Assembly (NCBI RefSeq): GCF_009914755.1
Contig: NC_060930.1
Length of the DNA: 64,000 bases
Source: the human T2T-CHM13v2.0 reference genome, Homo sapiens
Reading direction: 5' to 3' (one strand)
Positions 14,251 through 29,140 of the stretch are shown here, in pieces (positions within the stretch are counted from its first letter, which is position 1; each line of letters opens with the position of its first letter). The notes beneath the pieces were generated by a model that was given only the letters and a program-made list of their open reading frames with translations, had not been told where the DNA came from and made no database searches. A program made the translations under genes and the position numbers.

Positions 14251-15899
14251 GAAATCATTGACAGAGGGGTCTGGCGTGAGAGGAGATGAAAGGGAGGGAG
14301 GGGAGAGGCAGGGAAGAAGAAGAAGGGGGAGGAGAGAAACGAGAGAGGGAGTGGGCAGGACGATGGTCTGGGAAATGCTCTTCGCCCCAACCCAAAGGCG
14401 TCTTCCTCTGTGAAGGGTTGGGCGGGGGTGGAACTCGGTTCACCCCAGGGGCCTCCCCTGCCCTGCCTGAGTGGTGTGGCTCGGACACAGGGGCATCTCC
14501 CCACAGGCCTGTGCCTCCTGAATGAGGAACAGCCATTCCCCTCCAGCAGGGCCTCGGCAGGTGGGCCCGGCAGGTGCTCCCGTGACTCTGCCTCCGCCTC
14601 CAGCCCTGGTCTCTGGGATGCGAAGATGGATGGAAAGACCATATGAAGCAGCCCCGATTTCCCGGAGCTCCCAGCTGAGGTCGCATTCATCCACACAGGC
14701 AACAGAAGCAAGTGCAGCACTGCGCGGTTCACCTGCTGTGGGAACGGCAGGCCAGAATTCCCTGTGGAAAAGGGAGGATGGGAAGGGCCCCGATCCCCAG
14801 CCCCTGGCTCAGGTAGGTGCCATCGCCTCCCAGGGCCGTTGTCCAGATTCACCGCGGTGCATGTGAAAGCCCGGGCAAACAGATGGTGCCCAATTAACAG
14901 AACTATTCTTGCGGCACTGGGGTTTGGTGAGACTCTCTCTGACTCAGAGAAAGGACGCAGGATGGCCACTCTGTCCTTGGGGCCCCAAGCCTAGAATCTG
15001 AGTCTCTGACTCCCTGCCAGAACCTGGTCGAGACCTTGAACTCTCCTAGCTGCTTCCTCACCCAGGAAACGGGAAGAGCCCCACCCCCAACACAGAGACG
15101 GTGGGGAGCAGGGCTGGAGCTGCGGAGCACCAGCCGCACCTGGCGCCAGGTCCCAGGAGCCACACGAGGAAAAGGAGAACTTCATCATGGGCTAGGAAAC
15201 CCACTGCCTGGGCGGGCGAGGGCATTTCTTTCTGTTTGGAAACACACAGAATAACAAGCAAAGTTAGATAAGGGAATGAGAGTCCTTGTGAGGGGTAAAT
15301 CAGTGTTAGATGATAATTGGCCTGCTTTTGACGATTTTCTAAAAACAAAACAGAACAAAAAAAAAACTTTAGGGAAGCTTTAAACAGATACGAGAGAAAA
15401 GTGTCTTATTTTCAACGACAAAAATGAAAGTAAATTCACCAAAAGATGGTACAGATGAAGCTCAAATATTTATGATAACAACATTCCTTGGTTGTAGAAA
15501 AAGAGGAATACGTCCTCATTGCCTGAAACTAACGACACGGAACCCTTGTGGGAACCAGGGGAGGGAGGTGTTGGTGAGCAGTTATTATGATGGTTAATTT
15601 AGGAAGTTGTAGGAAGGTTCTGCAGAGCATTCGACAGATGATTAAAAGGACAGGAGCCGGACATCTGGGCCTTGTGGTTTCTAAGGAGAGTGTGCTAGGC
15701 GTTGGAAGGAGAAGAACGGGAAGAGGCTGAGCCCTGGTGCCAATTTGCCTCAGAGGTGCAGGCAGATTTCGCTCACTTGAGAGCAGGGCGAGTTCTGCTT
15801 TTGAGGCCAGAAGTCATACAAATGCGGACAAGAGGCCTGAAGACCGAAAACCTGAACTGCAGATGTGTTTCTGCAGAAAACCTGGCTGGGAGGAATTCA

Positions 15900-16196
15900 C
15901 TTTTCTTTCTTTTTTTGAGACGGAGTCTCACCCTGTCACCCAGGCTGGAGTGCAGTGGCGAGATCTCGGCTCACCGCAACTTCCACCTCCCCGGTTCAAG
16001 CGAGTCTCATGGCTCAGCCTCCCAAGTAGCTGGGATACAGGCATGTGCCACCATGCCTGGCTAATTTTGCATTTTTAGTAGAGATGGTGTTTTTCCATGT
16101 TGGTCAGGCTGGTCTTAAACTCCCGACCTCAGGTGATTCGCCCACCTCGGCCTCCCAAAGTGCTGAGAGTACAGGCATGAGCCACTGTGGCCAGCC
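15900..16196 (-). mobile_element. AluSx-like SINE
   Basis: ttttttgagacggagtctca..cccgacctcaggtgattcgcccacctcggcctcccaaagtgctg. Confidence 0.95.
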
Positions 16197-17928
16197 CAGG
16201 ATTTTTTACTCCTGGGCGTGATTTGTGTTGGGGGTGGCACCAAGTTGATGGCCTCGGTGAGGAAGCAGGGTCAGCCCTGCTGAGCCCAGGGTGCATCCGT
16301 GACTATGCTGAACGCTGCATGTGATGCCCGACAGCCCTGTGCACAGCCTTGGCCCACTGTACGCAGAGATCACAAGGCTTCCCGAGCCAAACCCTTCAGG
16401 ATCTCACAGCTGCGGAGCTGGTCGCCGTGTCACTCAGCTGTCAGCTGCTCTCTCCTTCTCTGGTGTTTCATGGACACTTCACTTTATGCAAATCCCACAA
16501 ATGACACAAGGCAGGGGTGGGACAGCATCGGGGGTCAGAGACCACTTCAAAACCACGCACTGAAAACTTTTCAGACAAGGCCAGACTACTTGATAAAAGT
16601 CATCTTCCATGTCAGGATGTACCGGGACACCCTGGCAGAGCCAGCCCAGGGCACGGGGAGTAGGAGACACTGATAATGATAAAAACATGCGGGATGGGAG
16701 TGCCAGGGTTCGCCTGTGCAATTCAAGAGTGGTTTGTGGTGTTGAAGTTGGCAATTCTGACCTTCATCTGTGCAAGGGAAACTTGTTGAACTATTTAAGT
16801 CCGAGAAACTTAAGGCCCTAAACCCTCCGTGTTCCTCAACGGCATCACTAGAGAGACTCTCTCTGGAACTCGCCCCTGCTCTGTACAAGACACATGGGTC
16901 AGCATGGGGTGAGGAGAGCTCTGGGCAAAGGGCAGACATGCTGGGAACCCGCCCCGACACGTGACTGAGTAATTAGATACCCCGACCAATGACATCCACA
17001 GGCTTCCCCAGAATCATACATGCTTCTCCCGTAAACTGTGGTCCCAGTGACCCTTGGGAGGTAAGAAGCTCCCCACAACACCCCCCTTTTGTGGCGCTTA
17101 CATGGGGATCACAGAGTCACCAACTGACTGTGCAAATTGGACAGGTGTCCAAAATGAAGCACTAATGAGCATGAAGAAAAGCAAGTCAGACAGGCTAAAA
17201 AAAATTAAGACAAAAAGTGCCATTTCCCAATTTCAGCCCTATTAATTAAAAACCAAAATTAAAACTGTGTGGAATCGCTCATTATGTTTTTAAATTAAAC
17301 ACAGGCTGACAAAACTAATTGCACTAACAGTCTCCCCCAGCTGTTCCCTGCTGACCTCTGCACAGTTCTGGAAGGCTCTGGGTGAGGGGTGGCCGGGGAG
17401 GGGAGAGGGGGCCATCCTCAGGAAGACGATCGTGCAGGACAGAGCCAAGGCCACTCAGGGAGGATGGCTTTTGTTGCTTTTACTTCACTAACCTGGAAAG
17501 AAAGTATTTGCTTCCAAATTTTGTCTTGTTTTCCAAACAGAGGCTGTAGCCATAAATATGCATCTTATTGAACATCTACTCTGTGCAAGGCATAGTAGGT
17601 TATCAATCATTCCAGGGAGTGGAGCGTAAGGAGAAGGAGAGTCATCTGGCACCAAGAACTCAGAGCTGGGGGAGTCTGTAGTTATTTTTAGTGCTGCCAC
17701 TGGTCAGTGGACACGGGTGGGAGCCAGCGCTGGACGGCGTGGTGGCTTGACGTCCTTTGCCCAGGCTGGCCCTGCCGCCGTACAGCTCTAGCACCGACTG
17801 CGGGATGGGGGACCAGCGAACCTCGGGAGCCCACTCCCTCAGTGACAGCATGCGGTGGTAGCTGCTCTTATCTCACTGGCTGGTTGTAAGAATCCAAGTA
17901 AATTAAGAATGTTTAAGAACTAATACAT

Positions 17929-18065
17929 TTTTTGTATTTTTTTTTTTCTTAGACACAAGGTCTCTATGTTGCCCAGTCTGACCTTGAACTCCAGAGTTCA
18001 AGTAATCCTCCCAGCTCAGCCTCCCAGCGTGTTGTGCTCACAGGCGTGAGCCACCACACCTGGCC
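17929..18065 (-). mobile_element. FLAM / Alu left monomer
   Basis: Single monomer: tttttcttagacacaaggtctctatgttgccc..caggcgtgagccaccacacctggcc. Confidence 0.85.
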
Positions 18066-18309
18066 AATAATTAATTCTATAAACTGGAAAGTGTTAAACA
18101 AACATTTCCCATTAGGAGAACTGAGGAATTTTAAACTCTGTTTTACTTTTTTTCCACTACTTTCAATAGCTCATTGTTTCATAAATTAGATGGATACATG
18201 ATGCCACTTTTTAAAACTAAAGAATCCATAATTGTACTGCCCATAAGTAATCAGTGCTATTGTTCTGGTCTATTTTTTCTAATGTGTAAGTCTGCCTCCT
18301 GTATCTCAT

Positions 18310-18455
18310 TGTGTGTGTGCATGTGTGTGTGTGTGCATGTGTGTGTGTGTGCATGTGTGTGTGTGCGGGTTGGTGTGTGCGTGCGTGTGTGCATGTGTGT
18401 GCATGTGTATGTGCATGCGTGTGCGTGTGTGTGTGTGTGTGAGAGAGAGAGAGAA
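18310..18455. repeat. (TG)n-type microsatellite followed by (GA)n
   Basis: Direct inspection. Confidence 0.95.
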
Positions 18456-18759
18456 GAAGGGAGGGAGGAGAGAGATTACTGAACAAATATTTGAGTGTCT
18501 GCCTGTCACACAAGACATCATGCCAGGCATAGCCTTCCTAGGGACACAGTGACAACCAAGATAAACACAGCTCCTGCCTCATAAGGATAAATTCTATTTG
18601 AAGAAACATAAAGTGAATAATTACCTACACAATTAATAGTGTAATCACAAAAAGGATCAGTATTTCAAAGAATCATTTGGGTTACATGAGAGTGTGTAAC
18701 AGAACACCCACCAAACAGCCTTTACAGTATGTGCTGTTCTTGAGCCCAATCTCTTCCCT

Positions 18760-20240
<1,481 letters not shown>

Positions 20241-20756
20241 AGGTGTTGAATTCTCTGCTTCATGTACCTTTAATTCACTGGTATTCTTTTTTCTGGGATA
20301 TTGCCATTGTAAGATTTGGCTGCTATTACGGGGTGACAGTCTTTTCAGTAAGGTAATTTAGCTATCCATTGGCAGGCAAAGGACGTATTTGATGCAGGGG
20401 TGGTAAGAGATGGGTTGGCGCAGGAGGTATGAAAACTTACTCCAAATTACAGACACTTTAGATATCTGCTTTCTTCGGGGACGTAAGAACAGCTCTGCTT
20501 GCAAATCCAATGCCTATGTTACAGGAGTGCAGTTTTATGTTTGGAAAGAGTCTCTTAGCATTATGAGGGTTATTTATGTTATGAACACCAGTTAGTTTGC
20601 ACCAGTTCCAGGAAAGAGATTCAATATGAAAATATGGACACAGATTCAGATATAGTGTTGGGAGTATATGAATTTGACTTGTGTATCATATACCTGGATT
20701 CTCTGGTTTAGCTTGTAAACCCAATATTCCATCATAATCCAGTAAACCAAATTAAC

Positions 20757-21170
20757 TATTATGGACTGAATTGTGTGCTCTCCAAATTCATATGTTGAAG
20801 TCCTAACCTCTGGTACTTAGACTGTGACTGTGTGGAGAGAGGACCTTTCAAAGGGGAATTCCACTAAATGAGGCCTCGGAGTGGGTGCTTATCCGCTCTG
20901 ACTGCTGTCCTTAGAAGAAGAGGAAGTCTGAATACGCAGAGACACCGGGGCCGCCTCTGTGTATGGAGGAACGGCCACGCGAGGACAGGGAGGAGGCGCC
21001 ATCTGCAAGCAAGAGGAGAGCCACGGAAGACACCAGCCCCACCAAGACCTCGAACTGGGCTTCAAGCCTCCAGAACTGAGAGACATTAAGGGTCTGCTGT
21101 TTGAACTGCCCAGTCTACTTCTAAAAGGATGAACCAATCCATTGTTAGGGGAGCCTGAGCAGACTAATAT
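20757..21170 (+). mobile_element. MLT1B-like MaLR solo LTR
   Basis: tattatggactgaattgtgt..aattcatatgttgaagtcctaacc..gcctccagaactgagaga..gcagactaatat. Confidence 0.85.
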
Positions 21171-21889
21171 GTTAACAGAAAACTGAGCTGTCTCTACTGC
21201 TTCTCTCATCAAAGATCAGAATTGAAAGGTGGCCAAGAAACAAAAACCAATAGATAATCTTCCTACTGTATCATCCCAGAAGGCAAGGATGAAAATCTTC
21301 ACTCAGGTCAGCTTTGCTCTACCCAAGGGCTATTAAATGCAGCTGGAAAAGAGAGCTCCCAGGAGGGCAGAAAAACCTGCGAGTGACAATGAACGTGAAT
21401 CTCATAGTGCTCTGCAGCCCACCCCAGCCCCCAGAACCCAGGCTTTGCACCCTGAGAAAGCACAAAGCACAGTCCACTTCTCTACTGAGAGCGGGTTCTC
21501 CACCACGGCCAAGGAGTTCTTCAGGGAAGATGCTACTCTGTGAGTGGCTGGATAGAAAAATATAAACAGGGTTATTCCCCTCTTTGGGTCTTTGGTTTGT
21601 CCCTTCTCCAAAAGGAATACCTTATTTTCCCCAACAGCGTGGCTTCCTGTCGAATAACTATTCCTACCATCCCTCTAAGAACATGCAACAGGGGAAAACA
21701 CCTGCTGGGAAGCTGCCGCCAGAGGCCCCACCCTATCCCGGAAGGGCCTTAGAGGAAGGAAGTTGGGGAGGAGGAGGAGGGTCAGGGTGGATGGGAGGAT
21801 GAACACAGCAACTGCTGGGACACAGGCTTCGGCGCTGCACCCACCTGGAGCTGACAGTCAAGCCTCACTTGATGTTAAAGAAAGAGGAA

Positions 21890-22095
21890 ATATGGTATCA
21901 GAAAGAGCATGAGGGTAAATGGCAAGACCTGAGTTTAAGTTCAAAATTGATTATTAGCTGTGGGACTCCACAAACCACTTAGACTTGAGATGTCTCTGTT
22001 TTATTATCTGTAAAGCAGGGCCACCTCTACCCATCTCATAGGTTTTCTGACAGTTCAGTCATGGTTGAAAGTGCTTTATAAACATTAAGTGTCAT
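21890..22095 (+). mobile_element. MIR SINE
   Basis: agacctgagtttaagttc..tagctgtggga..tctctgttttattatctgtaaag..aaagtgcttt core. Confidence 0.65.
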
Positions 22096-22996
22096 AGAGG
22101 AAATTTGTTAGAAGCGTTAATAACTTATGTGTCCATCTGCACATTGCACATAGGATAGGCCATTCTTTTTAGCATTGCCTTTGCAATTGATTTAATTTCC
22201 CAAGCTCTGTTCACCTTCTGAGACCATAACAAACATTACCCTGAAGTTTCTGTTTCCATTTCCATTGGTCCCACTCTAAGTGAACCTTGGCAATCAAAAG
22301 GGCATCATCCCTCCTTCTACTGAGCCCAGTGAGCTCACAGCTGGAACGCTGCTCCACGGGACTGAAAGTAAACACTTTAAGTTTCCGGGTGATAACTGTT
22401 GGTCATGGTCAATGTCAGCACACTCATTTAAGAGGCGCATTTTCTTGGAACCACTCACTGAAATATACACTCAACACCAAATGTGAGCTTCAGAAGATAT
22501 TTTAAGGGCATCAGGAAGATGAAACTGTGCCTGCCCCTTGCGGCATGGAGGAATCCACACACACACAAACATTTCTACACACTCACACTTGTATTCTGCT
22601 TCTGTGTGTTTACATGTTGTTTCTTGTAAGAATAGAGATTGCAAAGCTCAACTTAAAAAATATTGAATGGTAACATAAACAAATTATTAGGCCAACCACA
22701 GAGAATTGCAAAACTTTTGACTGTTTTTTAGTTACAAAATTCAGTTTTATACATTATATATTAAGAACCTACTGAGCAAGAAAATATTCTATTAAGTGGT
22801 ATTTGCAAGAGATTATTCTAATAGAGAGTGTGCTAGAAAAGAAAAGAAAGATGATACAACGGATGAGGCCCCTACTGGATATGAGGTGCAGAGAGCCAGC
22901 TTTCGCCTCCTGAACACAGATAGTCCTCCTGACTCCTTTAGGAACATGAGCTCCATTGGAAACATCTGGAAGTTGAGGATAAGAGAAAACAAGTCT

Positions 22997-23167
22997 GGCC
23001 AGGTGTGGCGGCTCACACCTGTAACCCCAGTACTTTGAGAGGCTGAGGCAAGAGGATTGCTTGAGCCCAGAAGTTGGAGACCAACCTGGGCAAAATAGTG
23101 AGACCCCATCTCTACAAAAAATAAAATTAGCCAGGCATGGTGGCGTGTAGCCTTCAGTCTCATAGCT
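22997..23167 (+). mobile_element. AluJ-like fragment, 3'-truncated
   Basis: Left arm plus linker plus ~35 bp of right arm; no poly(A) tail. Confidence 0.85.
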
Positions 23168-24485
23168 GTCAGGGTGTTCAAGTTCTGCCTTCCATACAGA
23201 ACAACATCTGCAGGGCTCACAGACAGAGGAATGCCCCCCAAGATACTAACTCAGGTGAAAGATTGTGAGATTTCATCCTCAGGTACACACACCATGGTGT
23301 GACTTACAGGAGCACCCCGAGGTGTATAAGAGTGTCCCTAAATTGATGTTAAGAATACTAATGAAGGATGAACTGAGTCTCTCTGCAGCTGCCTCTGGGC
23401 TTTGTCTGGTGTGCCTATACCCAATGTCACCCAAACCCAAAGAAGGGTTTGCAGCAGCAGCTGCACAAAGCTGCTGGACAAAGCCGAATCTCCAGGAGCC
23501 CAGTCCCACCCTCCCCTCTGAGAAGACCCCCATGTGACTTCCCCACCTTTGTGGCGCATGGTATGAAGAGTACAGGAAAGAACAAAGGGACAGCAGCCAG
23601 GGCACAGATGCAAACTACTTTCAGAAACGTGTTCTCTTCTGAAAGACTCCAGAGCCGGTGCGACCCTCATTAGAACAAGCACCGGAGACATGAAGTTTGC
23701 TACTGAAGGTCTCCCAGCAAGCTGCAGGCGGCCCTGACCAAGCTTAGGTCCCATGAAATGAGCCCCACTTGCAGAGCTTGTTCTGAACCTCGTTTTGGGG
23801 AGAAACTTGGTTGTTCATGTCACGGAGAAGGAAGCCGAGTGAGGATGAGAAAAGCAACCTTCACAGAGGCAGAGCTGGATCAGAAGAAGGTGCAGCTCTG
23901 CTCAGCACGGCCCCCAGCCTGCTTCCTGGGCAGGAAATTCACATGTGAAATCCAGTTTCTGAGAGGCTCAGGAGCCTTCTTTGACATCATGATGATGAAC
24001 CCAATCATGTATATATAGCTTAAATCAAGTGGAAAAGCCCACATCACCACAGGCTGCGATCTGAAGGAGCAGAGATTAGCAATCTAGAAATAGAAAAGTT
24101 ATTGAAAGCCAATCTTCTCCCAGCTGATTGATCCGCAAATGATGGCAGGAAAAAGCTGAACTCACTTCAGAAGTTGGTGTCTAAAATTGGAGACTCTTTC
24201 AGCAAGGCCTGCCTGGGTCACGGGGTCTGCCCCATCTAGTGAGTGCTCTGCTGTGCATCAGAGAGAGGGGGCGGGACTGGCATCTTCCCAGCAAAGTAGG
24301 GGGCAAGGGAGCACTCTGTAAAAGCAGGGGATGATGTGTAAACCCATCCATCTTCCTAGCGCATCAATAATAATGTTCCACTAGCTAGTCAGGTACTCAG
24401 ATCCTGACATTTGTCAGTTGTGTCAAAATGCTAGAAAGTACCATTTCAAATGCTGTTATGTGTTGTTTATAAAATATAAGGATAA

Positions 24486-25318
24486 TTTCACCAAAGAAGA
24501 TATACAAATGACCAAGAAGCATATGGAAAGATGCTCAACGCCAGTCACTAATCCTTAGGGAAATGCAAATCAACACCACAAGCAAATCAACACCCGATAA
24601 GATACCCCCTCTCACCTGTTGGGATAGCTACATCAAAACAAATAGCATAATGAGTGTTGGCGAGGGTGCTGAAAAATTAGAATTGTTGTTTACTGTTGGT
24701 GGAAATGTAAAACGGTGCAGGAGCTCTGGAAAACAGTATGGCCATTCCTCAGAAAGTTACACATAGAATAACCATATAATTTAGCAACTTTCACTTCTGA
24801 GTGTATACCCAAAAAGAATGGAAAGCAGAGCCTCAAAGAGACATTTGTACACTCACATTCATAGCAGCATCATTCACAGTAGCCAAAAGATGGAAGCAAC
24901 CTCAGTGTTCATTGGTGGATGGATGGGTAGCAGAGTGCGGTGTAGGCACACAATGGAAGGAAATGACGACGCACGTTGCAATGTGGATGAACCTGGAGGA
25001 CATTATGTGAAGTGAAATAAGCTGATCACAAAAAGACAAATACTGTATGATTCCGCTTACGTGAGGTACCGAGAATACTCAAATCATAGAGACAGAGAGT
25101 GGAATGGTGGCACCAGAGGATGAGGATTAGGGGGAAAAAGAGTTATTGCTTAAAGGGTAGCATTTCCGTTTTGAGAAAGGAACGGAGTTCTGGAGAAAGA
25201 TGGTGGTGATGGTTGCACAGCAATGTGAGTGTACCCAATACCACTGAACTGCACACTGACACGTGCTTGAGACGGTAAATTTAACGTCACATGTTTTACT
25301 CATAATTAAAAATTTTTA
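24486..25318 (+). mobile_element. L1MB-like 3' fragment
   Basis: atttcaccaaagaagatatacaaatgacc..ttcatagcagcatcattcacagtagccaaaagatggaagcaacc..gatggttgcacagcaatgtgagtgtac..cataattaaaa. Confidence 0.88.
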
Positions 25319-26814
25319 AGTGTAGGGATAAATGTAACTGCAGTATATGTGCATGATATATAACAGCACATAGTTACACATAGTTATGTCGATAATTTCT
25401 TATTCTATAGCATTTTAAACTACAGAAAATATACCTAATGAAAATTACTAATTTGCCTGCTATTTTGTTTTAACATGCTTGAACCATAAGCTCAAAACAC
25501 CTGTTGATACCTTGTGCCTGCCTTTGAATAAAACCTAAATCCTTCTAATGTCGCCATAGATGAGATGTACAGGCCGGATTTCATGTCATTTAGTCAGGAA
25601 AAATGTCACAGGAAAGCAGTTTCTCATAGATATCAGCTTTCAAACTTTCTACACCTGAGGACCACTTGGGTGGGTCTAAGAGAGTGACTGTGCACCCCTA
25701 CCCCCTGCAATTGTGGAAACTCAGAATCACGAGCCAAAGAAGGTAACCGGGATAAACTGGGTAGAATCAGCAACTTTTGGAGGGAGGGGATCACACCTTT
25801 AACACTACAGCTAGGCGTTTTGAATGAGGTAAAACCTGAAGACAATCTGAATAATGAGAACCACAGCCCTTGGTGTCATAAGGAACCTTTCAAGCCAGTG
25901 CCTGCCAGACTCTGAAACCCCTGGGCCCTGAGTGTACAAAGAAAAGAGGGAGTTCCTGCCTGCGTCGTTGGTAGAAAGTAAAGACACAGATGCCAGAGGG
26001 GAAGAGCACAGCCCGCACACAGCGGGAGCTCATGAGATGTTTGGAGATTGATGGGCACATATACAGAACACAGTCTCCTGGATTAAAGCACTCAGTGTGC
26101 AGGGTGGGGCCAGGGAAAGGACAATGCCAGGTTCCTGGAGAGCTGGAGTGACACAAACGAGCAGGAACAGGACTGCAATGCCACCGAGCAGTGCAAGCGA
26201 GGTTTGGTTTCCCTGAGCATTTGGAGAAACTGAAGGAAATGCAGAGTGAAGACAGCGTTCCTGAACACAAAGCATGAGGCGTGAAGTCCCAAATCCAAGC
26301 CCACCCTCGTTCCTTCCCTTGTGTGGGGCCCTTGGCACCTCACCCCTCAGTTCATATGGTGGGGCAGTGTTGAGAGCCCGTCGCTTTCAGCCAGATTGTG
26401 GCCTTTTCCATTCCAAGCCACAAGAGCGTCAGACGTGAGGCTGTGCTTCATGGCCAGGCAGGGACTCGGCATCTGAACGACTCAGGGCCAATCAGGAGAG
26501 CGGGAACCACAGCAGTTATTTCACAGAAAGTGTTTCATACAAAGAATTGGCTGAGTAAGGCTGGAAGGCTGGAAAGGCAGAGGAACCCCCAGTAACCCCA
26601 AGATGGTAACTGCAGGGAAGCAGCTCCTTAGACCGAGGGAAGAGGGTGGTGTCGTGACAACCTGGGAACACTGAGAACGGAGGCACTGCTCAGCTGCTGG
26701 GAGCCTCTCTGAAGAGGCACAGGGAGGCTGGTTCTGGGAAGCAGGCAAAATAAATGGACATGTAAATGAAAACCAGAAACTGGTTCCAATAGCTTTTGCC
26801 AGAATTAAGAGGTT

Positions 26815-26924
26815 TCCTTTCTTTTTTTCTTTTCCTTTTCTTTCCTTCCCTCCATCCCTCCCTCCCTCCCTCCTCCATCCCTCCCTCCCTCCCGCCTTTC
26901 TTTCTCTTCCTTCCTTCCTTTCTT

Positions 26925-26935
<11 letters not shown>
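26815..26935. repeat. Polypyrimidine (CCCT/CCTT) simple repeat at Alu tail
   Basis: Direct inspection; contiguous with the Alu poly(T). Confidence 0.85.
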
Positions 26936-27422
<487 letters not shown>

Positions 27423-28269
27423 TGAGAGAGGACAGCTCTGTAGTCAACACACTGTCTGATCCCAAATTCATGTTCCTGGATTCTGCCTCACCCTCGCCTC
27501 TGTTGGGGGTTGAGAACCTGCCCCAAGTCAGGTCCTACTGCGTTTTCATGATGGCTCCAAAGAGTCTCCCTTGAGTGCTGGAATTGCACGGGGCCCAGCA
27601 CCGTTGGCTGCAAGACTGTCTAGTAGCCTGCACTTCCAAGTCTCGCTGCCTTCTGGGTGTGGCCAAAGCCCTGTTGCTGCCTCTGGGATCCCTGCTCCTC
27701 CCCATCCCCTGCCAGCTCACTCTCCAGCCTGACCCACCGCGTTTGCTCTTGGTTTATCAGCTCATGCCTGTGATGCTTCATCCCAGTGGGTGAAAGACAA
27801 GATTCTGGCTGCTCCCTGCCTCACCCCCTCCTCATTCCTCACTGGTGATTCCTACCGAGGTCCAGGGTAGGCCAGGGCCTATGGGGAGACCTACTATGGT
27901 TTGAGGGTAGCCACCCTCCTGCAGGTGTGCTAGCAAGGAGGAACCCACGTGGGGCCCGGGAAGTCCTATGGAGGAGTTGCCAGGGGCAACCACTGTGGGT
28001 TGAGGGTTGCTCCTCCCTATTGCAGGTTCAGAACTGCAGCCTTTCCAGGGCATCCAGAGATGGGGGCACTCAGGAGAAGGGCCTTGCAGGCATGAACCTC
28101 ACAGAGGTGCAAATGGCAGTGCCAACACATTGAATAGGATGTGGAGAATGTACACTTCCAGTCACAGGAAAGCTCAGGTGCTGCGTTCAGGGTGCCCTTC
28201 CCTATGTAAAGGTAATAGGGAGTGGAAAATCGCACTCATCCTTCACCGGTCCGTGCGGCCTTGCCCTTT

Positions 28270-28533
28270 TCGGCAGCCTGGTGAGAGGTCCATGTGGTGA
28301 GGCTGTAAGGCCTGCAACACGCGCATGAGTGAATTTGGGAGTGATTCCCCAACGTCATCCTTCGGATGAGACCACAGCCCTGCCTGACAGCTGGATGTAG
28401 CCTCGTGAAGAACTGCTGAGCTGCAGCCACACTTCTGCCCCCACAGCAATGGTGAGACAGTAAATGCCTCTTTTGTTTTTTAATGCCAGTAAGTTTGGGG
28501 GTAATTTGTTATGTACTAAAGGTAGTTAGTACA
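28270..28533 (+). mobile_element. MLT1F-like MaLR LTR 3' part
   Basis: gagaggtccatgtggtgagg..ccttcggatgagaccacagccc..taagtttggggtaatttgttatg..tagtaca. Confidence 0.7.
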
Positions 28534-28848
28534 CCTCGTAAAAAATTGAAACATACTATTTCATTCTGAGTAACATGACTGCCACACTTTGAAGTGATTA
28601 GGCTTCAATGAGTATCCCTCCTAAAACATGTGTGATCTTAATTTTAGACATCAAGATTATCCAGGCAAAGTGGGCTTTTGCATAACATTCAAGAATATGA
28701 CCCTCACCTCTCAGGGCCTTTGTATTCGCAATTTTGATTCTCATATTTGAAACGCAACAATTGATAGTTCCTACAGATGATGGGAGTTTCTCTACTCTTA
28801 AGGCTACCCTCAAACGTCAGCTAAAATTCCACTAAGTGTCCAACACGT

Positions 28849-29140
28849 TATTTATTTATTTATTTTTAGACAGGGTCTCACTCTGTCGCCCAGGCTGGAG
28901 TGCAATGGCATGAGGTCAGCTGACTGCAACCTCCACCTCCCAGGTTCAAGTGGTTCTCGTGGCTCAGCCTCCTGAGCAGCTGGGATTACAGCCTCGTGCC
29001 ACCACGCTCAGCTAATTTTTTGTAGAGACAGGTTTTCGCCCCATTGGCCAGGTTGGTCTTAAACTCCTGTCCTGAAGTGATCCACCCGTCTCTACCTCCC
29101 AAAGTGTTAGAATTCTAGGCATGAGTCACCATGCCTGGCC
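28849..29140 (-). mobile_element. Alu SINE with TSD
   Basis: Flanked by ccaacacgttattta (28840-28854) and ccaacatgttattta (29141-29155). Confidence 0.95.

Noticed and set aside
14211-14969. 252-aa minus-strand ORF
   Set aside because: GC-rich, low-stop sequence with overlapping ORFs in many frames, no recognisable domain, and it runs into a low-complexity tract and L1 remnant.
26480-26760. Possible ancient LTR fragment (minus strand)
   Set aside because: Only faint resemblance to recalled consensus; family cannot be assigned without a Dfam search.
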